Of a DNA stretch of 64,000 nt, positions 47,301-60,245 are shown piece by piece. Location: the NCBI GenBank assembly GCA_043228905.1, contig JBHGNT010000001.1, positions 19,530,001 to 19,594,000 on the forward strand, written 5' to 3'. The stretch is from Azolla caroliniana (lineage: Eukaryota; Plantae; Polypodiophyta). The notes below the pieces were generated by a model. It was not told the DNA's origin. It saw nothing but the letters and a program-made list of their open reading frames with translations, and ran no database searches. Position 1 is the first letter of the stretch, and every line of letters starts with the position of its first letter. The position numbers and the translations under genes were made by a program.

Positions 47301-49282
47301 GCATTGCGAATGTACGCATCCCGAACGAAAGCCGATAGAAGCCCGACGTGAAGTCAGAGGAATGTATCCTTATAGGATACTCGTCCGAGAAGAAGGCATA
47401 CAAGTGCTACAACCCTTCTACCCGAGCGGTTCAGGTAAGTCGAGACGTAGTCTTCCACGAGTCTGCATCTTGGTACGCACTAGAGACAACTTCGACTCTG
47501 ACTCTGCTCGACCTGGAATCCGTCGAACGAGAGGTAGAAGATGGAGATTACTTCGAACACATGTTCGAAGAAAGTCCGATTATGGCAAGGCCTAGCGGGC
47601 CACAAGAGCCCCCACGCAACCCAAGCAGGTCGCGGCCAAGTACGAACTTGGACAAAGGCAAAGGTAAGATGCCCGAATACGAAGTCGCTCACCCCGACGA
47701 CAGTGATTCGGATGTGTCGGCTCCCTCACTAGACAGTGAGTTCGGTGTACCCATCAATGCGGACACCCAGAGCAAAGAAGGCGCTCACATCGGCGAGCGA
47801 AAAACTTCGACGCTCTTCTAGAGAGAAGAATCCTGTCACTCGACTCGGCTACAACAAGTATATGGCCCATCACTATGCCTTTGCGATGAAGGTAGTGGCC
47901 GAGCAAGAGCCCAAAAGCTCCACCGAAGCGGCTCGTAACCCATTATGGATGGAAGTAGTCGGCCTTCGCCCACACACTACAAGCCTTCATCACCGGCTTG
48001 AGGGGGAGGACCCGAGATTGCCACGACGGAGAAAGCCGAAGGCCAGACGGAAGCCGCACAGAAGCTGACATCAAGAGCCGGACAACGCCGAAAGCAGAAC
48101 CGGATGTCGGATGCCCCACACCTGAGCTTGAGGAGGCATGTTGAGAGATCAAGGGAACCGAGATTGCCACGGCGAACAAAGTCGAAGGCCGAATGGAAGC
48201 CACATAGAAGCCGACATCGAAAGCCGGACAACGCCGAAAGCCAAAGGGGATGTCGGACGCCTCACACTTGAGATTGAGGGGGCGTGTTGAGAGATCAAGC
48301 TCAACTTAGTTTAGTTAGTTAGTCAACCATGTAACTTCGTAGTTACCTAGATAGAATCTAGTTAGAAGTGTTGACTATAACGCCTTAAATAAGCCCTTGT
48401 ACTTAAGTGGGATATTCTAGATCCTCCACTCCCAAGTACATTTAATATAGGACTTACACTTTTGTACCTATATTATCCTGACACATGTGCACCCTTGCAC
48501 ATGAGATTTATATATACCTTATTGTAGGTATTTTTGTATTTGATGAGGATAATGCTAATTTAATATAGAGTTAATCATCCCCCATCTTGTATTGCTCATA
48601 AAGTGTACTTCTCTCTCTCTTCCCCTCACACACATACACACACATATCACTTATTCTTCTGCTTATTAACTTAATCACATAATTAGGTACTAATTAACCC
48701 ATACTTAATTACCTAATTCTTAACACCCCCAAAGGAGAGAATTAAAAAAAACCCTCAAGAAGAAGAAGAAGAAGAAGTCGAATCCTCCTTTTGTGACCCC
48801 TTGGTCCCTTTTATAGTACAAGGGAGGGCCACATGCAATGAACTTTTTCTCCCACCCATGTGTGCATGTGCACTTCACACTTATATGTGTTTAACCTGAC
48901 ATCTAACCTTTATTTTACAATTTTCTTTTCATTCCTATTTACAACATGCTGGTGTACACGTGTGACCATCATCCCTTTCAAGCGTGTGCCTATTGCACAT
49001 TCTCGATTTGTCCGTTTTACCCAAATTTCACATCGTTGCCAAAAATCTTCACGAAAACATTTGCTTAATCTCTCATAGTCTAGAAAACAACCTTTTCCTT
49101 TTTATTCCTAAAGCAAGTTCTTGATGATTGAGCTATGGTTTTCTGTTATTTTGATCTTCATCCTGTCTCATTTCCTTCTTGTCATACCTTAGCCCTATCC
49201 TTGAATATTTTATATATTTTACATTTAACGCAATTCCACTATTGAGTTTCACACATTACGACATCGTGATCTTGGGGATACA
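44338..49282 (-). mobile_element. Probable truncated LTR of another element, split by J
   Basis: The minus strand begins TGTATCCCCAAGATCACGATG at 49282. There is a TATA-like motif near 48812 and a CT-rich U5-like end near 44340. No TSD confirmed. Confidence 0.35.
44680..48725 (+). mobile_element. Ty1/Copia J (A family), RT-RNase H deleted
   Basis: LTRs 44680-45087 and 48285-48725. TSD CCCCC. PBS TGGTATCAAAGC at 45088-45099. PPT GAGGGGGCG at 48276-48284. Gag-PR-INT remnant 45255-47955. Confidence 0.96.
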
Positions 49283-49329
49283 AGAAATGCGGGAGGCACC
49301 TTTATGATGTTTGAAAAGTTAAATTGGGG

Positions 49330-49905
49330 GAAAGTGGTCAACATATTTATGCAAACACTCATTGTCATGAAAGATTCATGAAAAGAATGCGTTGTATTGG
49401 ATGGTTGGCATGGTTGTGGTGCAAGGAATGGTCATGGTGGAGTTGGATGAAGAAGGATAAACACCCATTGTATTTAAGTGAACCTTACGGGTTTGCAACA
49501 TAATCATATGGGCTTTGAATAAAAGAGGAGGCCATTCATATATTGGACAAGTAGCCTCGTCATGACAACTCCTTCACCCACACCATTATTTCGCACACGC
49601 AAGAGGATGTACCGCTTTGGTGGAGGTGGATGCCGTGATGTGGGAGAAAATAATTGAAAAGACCAAGTTTTACAGTAAGTCACTTGTAGAGAGGGATCGT
49701 AGATGGGGCAAGACACATTCAAGATGGACAATATGGGGCACACATGTGGGTGACAAGTGTGAACTAGCCAAAAGCACTTCTAGCAAAGTGCCCATAGTAG
49801 ACACATAAGCTGAAGGAGCAAGGTTTTTGGTGGAGGCATGCATGATGCACATTGCATACGTATACACGACCATGGTTTGAGACAAGAAAGAGTTTAAGAT
49901 GTAAG
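49330..49905 (+). pseudogene. Possible highly decayed hAT-type transposase fragment
   Basis: Weak remnants resembling TRFAT and LHAAAYYLNP motifs, with many stops. Confidence 0.25.
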
Positions 49906-50838
49906 TAAGTTTACTGGTTTGTAGGAATCAGCAACGGTTCGGTTTAGGCTTGGATAAGGCCGAACCGGTTAAGTCTAAACTGTTTTGGGGTTCTCAAACC
50001 TAAATCAAACCAAACCAAACCGATCCCTAAACCGGTTTAGGACAAAAAAGCTGAAGAAACCCAAAAAACACCACTATCGCTACCACTTCCTCCTACTCTT
50101 CTTCTCCTCCTCATAACTCCCACCCCCTCGGCCTTACCACCAGTGAGTCCAAATTCAACTCCAAGTCCCACCTCCACAACTCCCTCTTCGTAGACTACTA
50201 TGATTGATCGGTTGACATCCACGAATCCCTTGCCTCCCACCACCCAAACCACGAGCCCTGAGGCTATGGTGACCTATAACTCTTGGTGATCCAATCCTTC
50301 TCCAAAGAATGTATATAACAAGAAGGAGGTCCTTTGATCGTCCACTATGCAAGCTCCCTCTACCTCTCTCGTCACTCAACAGTCTGTTGCCTATGGCTTC
50401 TTGTTAGTCTCTCTGTCAACTTCCAAGTTCTAATTGTCCCTCCCTCTCTCATCACTCAACAGTCCGGTGCCTATGGCTTCCTGTTAGTCTCTCTGTCAAA
50501 CTTTCAAGTTCTAACTTCTAACTTTCTAAACCCTAATTCTTAAATCACATAAATGACTTAAACGGTTTGAGCCAGTTTGGCAAGGCTCAAGCCAAGACGA
50601 GCGGAGCCGTTAAGCCACTAAGCCGTTTTAGCTAAACCGTCTTATAGGCCCATTTTGGTGAGTTGAAAAGACGTTAATAATATACATATGTACATATATC
50701 TTTCTTTCACCCTTGCCTCCAATACACATACTCTGAGAAAAATGTCACTTCCAACTGAAGTCAGTAGTAGAAGAAATATCAAATGCCTAGAACTCAAAGT
50801 CCCTTTTGAGGTGCTCTGCTGGCATCATCCTATGGTTT

Positions 50839-52944
50839 ATGGATGATTTATCAGCAACAAAATTCTCTATGAAGAGACAAGCAGGCTCTCTGCTACCAAC
50901 TTCTGGAAAGAAAGATGAAGAAATTACAATCTTGCTATGCTTACTCAAGGTTTGCGCAAAGACGAAGGATCTTAATAAAGGCAGAAGTTTACATGAGGAT
51001 ATACTAAAAAAAGGTTTACTTTCAAAGAATCCTTACCTAGCAAGTGCGTTGATTAATATGTATGCTAAATGTGGTCTGCTTTTGAAAGCACAACAAGTGC
51101 TTGAAGAGCTTCCGATCCGAAACTTGGCCTGTTGGAATGCCCTCATTGGTGGGTATGTCCAACAAGGCCGGGGATATGAAGCACTGAATTGCTTTGAATG
51201 CATGCAAAGTGAAGGTCTCTCCCCAAATGTAGTCACTTCAACTTGTATTTTGAAGGCTTGTGCTTGTGTAGGAGATATTGATAAGGGTGAAAGGACTCAC
51301 AAAGATGTTGTTTCTATGGGATGGCTTCATAAGGATATCATGCTTGGAAATGCTTTGGTCGACATGTATGCCAAATGTGGAATGCTTATAAAAGCACATC
51401 AAGTTCTCAAAGAGCTCCCAATTCGGAATACGGTGACGTGGTCGGCATTGATTGCTGGATATACCGAACAAGGGCAAGGGCACACAGCATTAAATTGTTT
51501 TGAGTGGATGCAAAGTGAGGGTCTCCTTGCTGATGTTGTTACTTTCACTTCTCTCCTAAAAGCTTGTAGCATCACTGGGACTATAGCCAAGGGCAAACAA
51601 ATACATGATGAGATTGTGACTAGGGGCTTCCTCAAGACAGATATGGTGCTTGGAAATGCTTTAGTGGATATGTATGCTAAATGTGGCGCACTTGAAAGAG
51701 CAAAAGAAGTGCTTAAGGAGCTTCCTATTCATGATGTAGTGTCTTGGTCTTCACTTATTGCTGGGTATGCTCAACAACAGAAAGGTGATGAAGCATTAAA
51801 ATGTTTTGAACAGATGCAAAATGAGGGCCTCTCTCCAGATGCAGTCACATTTACGTCGGTGTTAAATGCATGTGCAGGCACTGAGGATGTAGAAAAGGGA
51901 AAAGAGATGCATGCCGAGGTTATGTATAGGGGTTTACTAAAGAAAGATGTTGTGCTTGGCAATGCTTTGGTGGATATGTATGCCAAATGCAATGCACTTT
52001 CTGAAGCGCAAAATGTCCTTGATGGTCTTCCAATTCACAATGTAGTCTCATGGTCAGCATTAATTTCTGGCTATGCGCAACAAGACCGAGGCCATGAAGC
52101 TCTTGAAACCTTTGATAAGATGCAGGAAAAGGGCTTTTATCCTGATGCCATTACCTTTGTGGGTGTCTTGAAGGCATGTGGAAGCACATGGGCTATAAGC
52201 AAAGGAAAACTTATTCATGAAGTCATTGTGACCAGAGGTCTTTTGGAGAAGGATATTGGCTTAGGGAATGCCTTGGTAGATATGTATGCCAAGTTCGGAA
52301 TGCTTACAAAAGCAAAGCAAGTACTGGAACAACTTTCTCTTCGAGATATAGTGTCTTGGAATGCATTGATTGCAGGATATGCCCAACAAGGGGAGGGTCA
52401 TGCAGCACTAACTTGTTTCCAAGAGATGCAAAGTCATGGGCTCCCTCCCAATGACGTCACATTCTTGTCAGTTCTAAGTGCATGTACACACTCTGGGCTA
52501 TTAGCTGAGGCCCAGACACTTTTCAACGACATGACCAAAAAATATGGTGTTATACCAAACCTAGAGCATCATACTTGCATGGTGTCAGTGTTTGGATGCG
52601 TTGGCAACTTTGATAAGGCGATGGCGATAATTAAGGTCATGCCTTCTTCTGATGATTCTGCGGTTTGGCTTGCATTATTGGGTGCCTGTAAAAAATGGGG
52701 AAATGTGAAGCTTGGAAGATTGGTTTTTAGTCAAACAATGCAATTAGATGATAGTTGTTCAGCGGCATATGTTTTAATGTCAAATATTTTTGGTGCAGCA
52801 GGCTTGCAAAAGGATGCTGAAAAGATAGAAGCAATGAAATTGAAGTATGCTCCTTGCAAGGAGCAAGGAGAGTGTGTGAGGCTTGATACTAAGGGAAATA
52901 TTTTGCTACCATTCCCCAAGCAAAGATATATGGTATATAAGTAA
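50839..52944 (+). CDS. PLS-class pentatricopeptide repeat protein with E domains and no recognisable DYW (organelle RNA-editing factor type)
   Basis: Intronless ORF with five ~102-aa L-S-P triplets (NALVDMYAKCG, SWNALIAGYAQQ, TFTSLLKAC). These are followed by TFLSVLSACTHSG, EHHTCMV, VWLALLGACKKWGN and AAYVLMSNIF. The start codon is uncertain. Confidence 0.95.
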   Translation: MDDLSATKFSMKRQAGSLLPTSGKKDEEITILLCLLKVCAKTKDLNKGRSLHEDILKKGLLSKNPYLASALINMYAKCGLLLKAQQVLEELPIRNLACWNALIGGYVQQGRGYEALNCFECMQSEGLSPNVVTSTCILKACACVGDIDKGERTHKDVVSMGWLHKDIMLGNALVDMYAKCGMLIKAHQVLKELPIRNTVTWSALIAGYTEQGQGHTALNCFEWMQSEGLLADVVTFTSLLKACSITGTIAKGKQIHDEIVTRGFLKTDMVLGNALVDMYAKCGALERAKEVLKELPIHDVVSWSSLIAGYAQQQKGDEALKCFEQMQNEGLSPDAVTFTSVLNACAGTEDVEKGKEMHAEVMYRGLLKKDVVLGNALVDMYAKCNALSEAQNVLDGLPIHNVVSWSALISGYAQQDRGHEALETFDKMQEKGFYPDAITFVGVLKACGSTWAISKGKLIHEVIVTRGLLEKDIGLGNALVDMYAKFGMLTKAKQVLEQLSLRDIVSWNALIAGYAQQGEGHAALTCFQEMQSHGLPPNDVTFLSVLSACTHSGLLAEAQTLFNDMTKKYGVIPNLEHHTCMVSVFGCVGNFDKAMAIIKVMPSSDDSAVWLALLGACKKWGNVKLGRLVFSQTMQLDDSCSAAYVLMSNIFGAAGLQKDAEKIEAMKLKYAPCKEQGECVRLDTKGNILLPFPKQRYMVYK

Positions 52945-53729
52945 AGGGATTCTTTCATTACAATGTGAGGATGAGATATTTCAATTAGGGCCAATCCAAA
53001 ATTAAAGGTTCAGTTATAATGAGAGGATCCTCAAACAAGACCGGACGCTGTGCATTTGAATTTTGCAGTGAAGAAAACTTTGTGTGCTTGGAAGATGCAA
53101 TGCCAAGGCTTGAATTCCAAGATTTGCATTGCGCAATATGGTAACAACACTTCAAGAACTTGACAATGCATTGCTTGGAACAAACATCACACCTTCAGTG
53201 AAATTTACATTAGAACAAACTGTGTGCTTCAAAGACGCAATGCGGAGGGATTGTCATATTAAAGCTCAAATTCCAAGACGTAAAACATTGTGCAGTGTAA
53301 TAACAATACTTGAACAACTTGATAATGCATACAGTACATTATTTTGTGCCTACTTTAAGTTGGAAATGGCATGGATGTGTGTGTATGCGCTAGAAACCTT
53401 CAGGTATAGTGCGAGCTTGCCACCATGAAGATGCATGTTTTGGAATAAAAGGAAGTCTGAAAATTCCTATAGGCAGTGATCTCATAGGATATGTGACATT
53501 AAATTCTTGATAAATCATGGGAAAGTGTGTGCATTATCATAATTATGACAACTATATCCTTTTTATGTTGTTGGTTATAAGTCCTAGACTGGACTGCCGA
53601 AGAGAACCATGAAAATCGTTAGGGCAGACAAACTTTGCAAATGGTTGCTGAACTGATTATTTTGCTAGAAGTTGATTGAACTTCTCAAAACTTTGTAGAT
53701 GTCTGAAAAATTTATCCTTAACAGGAGTA

Positions 53730-53810
53730 TACCATGGTGTGTATAGTTTTTGTAGCACGTTACATGGTGTGTATAGTCTTTGTAGCATGTTACATGGTGT
53801 GTATAGTCTA
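53730..53810 (+). repeat. 30-bp tandem repeat (about 3 units)
   Basis: CATGGTGTGTATAGT occurs three times. Confidence 0.85.
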
Positions 53811-54581
53811 TTCATTTATTATCAAACCTCACATGTCAATGTTGTTTCGATGAATAATATGTGCAAAATTTGTTTGAATGAGAACTATGGCCCTGTAGCC
53901 ATTTGTGACATTGGTGCATCAACATGTAATAAATCTTAGATGTCATGTATGTATCAAAGTATCCTTGATATACATGAACCTCAAATATATGATAAATATG
54001 CTCTAGATCATTAATAAAATTGAGATATTTTCTTTGAAACCATTTTGTGAATGTACCACTTTTGTTGGAACACTAAATCCTCTGAAACTCTTCTCTATAT
54101 TTATCCAATACTAAATCCAAATATATTGATTTTGGAATTGACCAATCTCTATAACCATATGCCAACTTGATTCTCGAAACTTGTAATGGTCATTGTGGCT
54201 CAGAGCTCGTTTATCATTCTTTCAAAAAAAAACCAAATTGTCAAGGATGTTGGTAAATGATAAAGAGAGATATTGAGAATATAGAGAAGAGAAAAGAATA
54301 CTTCAATATACTATTATGAAAACAATACAATCTTCTTAGACTCTAAAAATAATCACAATATCAAAGAACTACTTTAATCTCAATGACTCTAATTCATAAT
54401 CGTCTTTCCTTCTTCTCTCTTTCTTCTACTAAGCCTTTTCGCACTTCTTCTAACTTTCTTATTCTTCCTCCCTCTTTTGGGTACGATTACCCTCCTATTT
54501 ATAGGTTTTTGGTTGTGTTATTTTTGTTTCTTTTTTGTAAAAATTTACTTGAGTCTATGTGATGTGCTTTTTTTATATCAT

Positions 54582-54630
54582 TGTCGAGACTTGAGAATAG
54601 GAGAGAGAAAGATAAGATGACAATAGAAGG

Positions 54631-54676
<46 letters not shown>

Positions 54677-55341
54677 ACTCGAAATGGAAAGAGAGTTTAT
54701 ATTATAAGAGAGCAAGAATTACAAAGAGTAGGCTAAGAGGCTACAAACTGGTGTTCAACCAAATGAGTTGTGATGAATGAATAGACACCTATTTATAGGT
54801 CCTTATGGAGTATTCTAGAATGTTCTAGAATATTTTAGATATTTATGATATTTAATATAATCATGGAATATCCTAGAATGTTCTAGAATACTCTAGAATG
54901 TTATGGAATACTTTAGAATGTTCTAGAATACTCTAAATATCTATAATAACTAATAATACATTTATTATAATTATACATCATATATGTTATTATAATGGTT
55001 AAAGGTCTAACATATAGGCCAAGATGTCTTGGGCTCGAATCCTTGTAAGGCCAAAATGTATGTCTTCATGACAATCATTATTTCTGCTTTATAATCCCAA
55101 ATTTGTCATACAAGATATTTTTGAAAAGCTCTCATTGTTAGCTTATTTATTTATCTTTCTTTTGAAATTTGGATATCCGATGAAGAAGTCATGAGCTTTC
55201 TTTTCTACCTAAATCTTTATATCCACGTCTTGCTTTTTTATGCTTTTTTCTACTTTTGAAAAATGCATCTAATTTATATCCCTTCAAGCTCCTTCCTCTT
55301 TTAATACTTGGCCCTTTTATATCGTGCTTTATTCTTAGACA
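54582..55341 (-). mobile_element. Probable solo LTR with G-like architecture
   Basis: TGTCGAGA...TTAGACA with flanks TCAT/TCGT (imperfect 4-bp TSD). Contains (GA)n, a minus-strand TATA at 54788-54799, an HSE array and an A/B-box cassette. Confidence 0.55.
54813..54933. promoter_or_regulatory. Array of heat-shock elements (nTTCnnGAAn repeats)
   Basis: TTCTAGAATGTTCTAGAA at 54813-54830, and further GAA motifs at 10-bp period over 54866-54933. Confidence 0.75.
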
Positions 55342-56379
55342 TCGTAGCATCCAACATATTTGCAAGAGGCTTTTCTTTCAAACAAAAACTAACTTCATAA
55401 TAGTCTACACCCTTGTATTATTATGTGTGCTATTTTAACAATTGGGGTGATCTTCATTGTACAACTGTTCGTGCAAATTGCATACGCATTGCAGAAACCT
55501 ACACATTTATTCCATTGGTGGTTTGATGGTTTCCTGTACCAAGATACTTCAAATCATAAACATTCATAAATTGGCTACTAGAATTTGAGGTAGACAGTTC
55601 ATCGGGTTATATTATTTTCACAATTCTAAGTTGAATTTCAATTTAATTTCATTGATTGTGTGAGTTTAAGTCCATTGATTGTGTGTTGATTGTTGTCTCA
55701 ATGTATAATATGTGCAAACTTTGTTTGAATGAAAGCCATGGCTCTTCTAGCCTATTGCAACATTGGTGCATCAACATGTAATCAATCTCAAATGTCACTC
55801 TTTTACATCCCCCATTCATGCTAGACTTTTATTAGAGTCTAACTCATTAATCAAGCAAGACATAAGGAATTATAGACCAAAACAAGGAAAGAGGGGTACT
55901 AAACCACCCGACCACCCCCTAACAACGACATGAGACGGATCGATACCTCCTCGATGTCCCATACCATTGAGGGTTGATATGAGTGATACCTTGGGGTTCT
56001 ACGAGGAATACACATGCGTACCTAACAAGAGACATAGCCACACTATCATAGTCTCAAACTAAGTCAAGCCTCTCCTGAAAAGAAGGTAGCTAGCCCCTTA
56101 TATAGGTAGAAACCCTAGACTCTAGTGTATTCACATTAGACTTCTTTATTTGATGTGGTCAAGTAATAACACATTTAATAGTTATGACACATCATGGAAT
56201 TGAATATTACAATTCATACCCTCGTTCCTTTTAGAATTAACCCACACGTACTCCTCACTATAAATAGAGGCACATGACATTATTTAGAACCAATTTGGTT
56301 CAACGCCACTCATTAAGCATCTTAGCTATCCTTGTACTCTTTCCATATAATATACTCTCTATTATCATACGTTTCTCTT

Positions 56380-56381
<2 letters not shown>

Positions 56382-56427
<46 letters not shown>

Positions 56428-56530
56428 CTCTCTCTCCTTCTCTCTCTCTTTTGATTCTCTCATTGTCTGTCTCCCTTCTCTCTACATCTCGTACTAATTC
56501 TGATAGTACTCTCTCTCTCTCTCTCTCTAG
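56382..56530. repeat. (CA)n and (CT)n microsatellites in LTR-like sequence
   Basis: Seen directly, downstream of TATAAATA near 56260. Confidence 0.9.
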
Positions 56531-57241
56531 TATTAATCCTCTTAGTCTCTAGTACTACTCCTTACACTTCCACTACCCTCCGAAGCACTCTGGGAAATGA
56601 CTGGTCCTGTCGAATCTCCTCTACTGCTTTTTGGTATGCTTGTTGTTTCCACAATCAGTTTTCTAGTCTCTTATCCCATTCGGTTACTAGGTCGTTGGTT
56701 TGTCTAGACGACATCCATCCTCTGTCATTCACTGCTTCTTGCAGAACCTTGTGGTCGTCAAATTGTGTTTATTTTGTACTAGATCTTAGTCACAAACACA
56801 TAGGTATTATATACCAAAATACAATGTGATCGGAGGTATGGTAATAATCCACGTATTGTCAATCTGGATAGCATATACAAGTCAACAACAAACATTCATA
56901 CACGCGTAAGATAGAACAATTTAGTACACAAGATGGCAAGTACCCAAATCTTCCAATTATATTATATTACTTGTGCCCCCGAACAATACAATCCGGACTC
57001 CTTATATAGGTAGCCGGTTCTGATACCAAATGGTGTCCATCCAGATTGGTACATCGTTCTGGATCTAAGACCCCTTAACATAATATATCTTCGTATCTAC
57101 TAATATTCCTAATTATCCTAATTATTCGGTATACATATTCACACTCTTTCCGAACTGTCTTCCGAATCTACAATACTTCGGCTCTACTTCTCTGGGCAAC
57201 ACAGAGGTGATACGACTGAAGACGATTTAGGGATATATTTG

Positions 57242-57424
<183 letters not shown>

Positions 57425-57439
57425 GTAAATAAAAAATAT

Positions 57440-59135
57440 ATATATATAGATAGATAGAGAGAGCTAGGGCAATAGGTGTGAATATCGTGATTAACAAAGA
57501 AATACAAATAAGATAAAATTATAGTAGTGAAGTGTGTGAGTGAAGATATAAGTGCAGTGAACTATGTGTGCTACGGAGGTCAAGCTAGTGTAACAGTTGA
57601 CTTGTGAATCTAATCTATTAAGATCGATGACTCAGCACAAACCAAGCGTTGGAGTTTTCTCTCTATTTTTCTCTTGCTTTCTATGTATATCCTTATATTG
57701 TGATGAAGATCAGACCAACGTTGTGGCCTTTGAGTTCTTGTTGTACACACTCTCATATAGTGAGTGTATTTCTATTTAGAGTCTATGGGCTCTCATGGTT
57801 TTTTACCATTTAGGCTTTCCACGTTAAAACTCTGTGTCTCTATCATTGTTATTTCTATTTCTTGTTGCTTTTATTTGTGTTTGCTTGCCGGTCGTAGCCG
57901 ACCCCATATTCACGATAAACTGGTATCAGAGCATAGGAATATGGACAAATCCCTTTGTGGGATGTTCAAGCTTACCGGCCCAAACTATTCAGTTTGGAAG
58001 TCGAAGATGAAAGATATGTGGTAGGCAAGGATCTGTGGTTGCCGGTACAATATGGCAAGGACAAACTTGACAAGATTGATGCATCGACTTGGGAAGTCAT
58101 GCGTCTAAAGACAACAACATATATTAGATGTTTTATAGACATGAGTCTATATAACAACATCAACGATGAGACACAAGGAAATGACTTGTGGAAGAAAATA
58201 GGGAGCATGTTTGAGACAATTGTTTTTTTAAATAGAGTCTTAGTCTTTAAGAAGATAGTGAGATTGAGATATCAAGATGGCTCAAGCATAGCTGAGCACA
58301 TGAATGCCTTTCAAGGGCTTATTAATCAAACCACCTCTCTAGAAGTACCTCTAGCTGATGAGGTATTCGCCTTGCTGTTGCGAGGCTCTCTTCTAGATAG
58401 CTAGGAGATGTTTGTGGTGACTTTGGGTAACTCAGCACCGCAGGGGAAACAACCGACCCTAAACATGCTGAAGTCGAGCTTGCTAAATGAGGAAGCTCGA
58501 CGAAAGGATAAAGAATCCAACTCTAACCATAAGGCCTTAGTCATAGAAAGTGACCCTAGTAGAGGGAGGGGCAAGCAGAGAGGCCCCCAAAATGAAAACA
58601 TGTCCAGATCTAGGTTGAAGTCGAAGGGAAGGCTCATGTGTTTCTATTGTGGGAAACCAGGGCACTTCCAGAAGAACTGTTGGCTTTACAGAAAGGACAA
58701 AGGGGGACAATTCTTCACTATGGTAAAAAATGTATCCCATGTTCCTAATATCATATCGAATATGATATCGGCTGGACGAATGGATAATTAAGGCTCAATG
58801 GTGGTTTTCAAAATGACACGTGGAAATTCTACAAGGGAAACCTGATTGTGGATCGAGCCTGAAAGCAAGATACATTATATGTAATGCATGCATGATTGTG
58901 CCAAGGTGAGGCAAATGTAATGGTTGACATAGCTAGTGAGCTATGGCACTAGAGGCTAGGCCATATGAGCCAAAGAGGAATGAAGATGCTTGTTGGAAAA
59001 GAACTCCTACCGGAGGTGAAAAAGGTGCATCTAGAGAAATGTGTTGATTGCATGGCCGATAGGCAGAACAGGGTTGCCTTTCACCCTAGGCCTTTGATGA
59101 GGAGGAAAGTTGCCTTGGAATTGGTGCAGACTATT
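57440..59135 (+). mobile_element. Truncated Copia (C/Tnt1-like): LTR, PBS, gag, GAG-pre-integrase
   Basis: PBS TGGTATCAGAGC at 57921-57932. Gag MFKLTGPNYSVWK and CFYCGKPGHFQKNC. The LTR shares a GGGCTC.CATGGTTTTT motif with C. The left boundary is approximate. Confidence 0.85.
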
Positions 59136-59434
59136 AGCTGATCAGCTAGCCGAAGTGTAAAGGTCGATACAAGGAGTCGGAGTTGGACAAGAGGAGTTGG
59201 AGTTGGAGTCGGACGAATGTGAAAAAATAGTAGTCGATATTATATTTTTGCTAAGTAGAAAATAGAAAAGTTAAAAATAGGACAATTAATGTAACTCTAG
59301 GTTCTTGCTGAAAAGGCAAGTGTACTATCTTGAAAGGGACAATTAGTGTCGCCTATAAAAAGGGATTGAGAGCAGTGTATCAATATTAGTCTGTTTTGAT
59401 TAGTAATATAATTTTGGGAGTTAGAGCATATACA

Positions 59435-60245
59435 ATGTCGTATGTTCTCACACAACTCACAAAGAAGGGGAAATCATTTGTTTGGGCTAATGACGAGGAT
59501 ACTGATTTTGTGGATCTCAAAAAAGCATTTACATCGGCTCCTATTCCAGCTCATGTTGATCTGCAAAAACTATTTATTATTGAAGCAGACACGTCGGATT
59601 TCGCACTTGGTAGTATTTTGTCACAACAAGGCGACGGTGAGAAGCTACATGTCGTGGCTTTCCATTCTTGTAAATTTGATATTGCTGAAATCAACTATGA
59701 GGTACATGGAATTATAATTGATAGTGGATTCCTTTGCACAATGGAGACATTTTCTAGAAGGATCTCCTCATCAAATCAATGTATTCAGTGATCACAAGAA
59801 CCTCGCCAATTTACAGAATGGTCATGTATTAAATAGATGACAAACTCAGTGGGCCCAATTTCTCACTCATTTCGACTTCAAGATTACATTTTGTCCAAGC
59901 AAGCAAGAAGGGAAGGCAGATGCATTATCACGATGCTCGTATCTAGCATCTCGTCTTGGTGATCCAACCTTCGATAATCAAAAGCAGGTAATCTTGGGTC
60001 CTACATGGCTTCAAACAACTTCGGTTTTTGATACTCCATTGGATTCCGGCATTATTCATACAATACGTCAAGGTCTAAAGTCAGATGTCTTTGCTAAAGA
60101 TATCTTAGATCAGATTGATCCCATCGAGTATAATGTCTGTGGTCACAACAATCATATACGGATTATTGATAATTCAATGGCATGATGGATTACTCTTCTT
60201 TAAAAATCTTTTGTATGTTCCCAATGGTTCATCTCATCTTCGAGT
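59435..60245 (+). pseudogene. Gypsy (chromovirus-like) RNase H and pre-integrase fragment
   Basis: FIIEADTSDFALGSILSQ, VAFHSCKF..AEINYEVH, SDHKNL, KADALSR. Confidence 0.85.

Noticed and set aside
49922-50651. MITE/hAT-like element with AAACCG subterminal repeats upstream of the PPR gene
   Set aside because: I could not define TIRs or a TSD.
53129-53428. DYW deaminase remnant after the PPR (RRDCH)
   Set aside because: There is no HxE motif, CxxC or DYW-like terminus, and the region is a diverged local duplication.
54248-55356. Outer solo LTR (TGTTGG...CCAACA) around the HSE-bearing LTR
   Set aside because: The termini fit but the flanks (AAGGA/TATTT) give no TSD, so support is insufficient.
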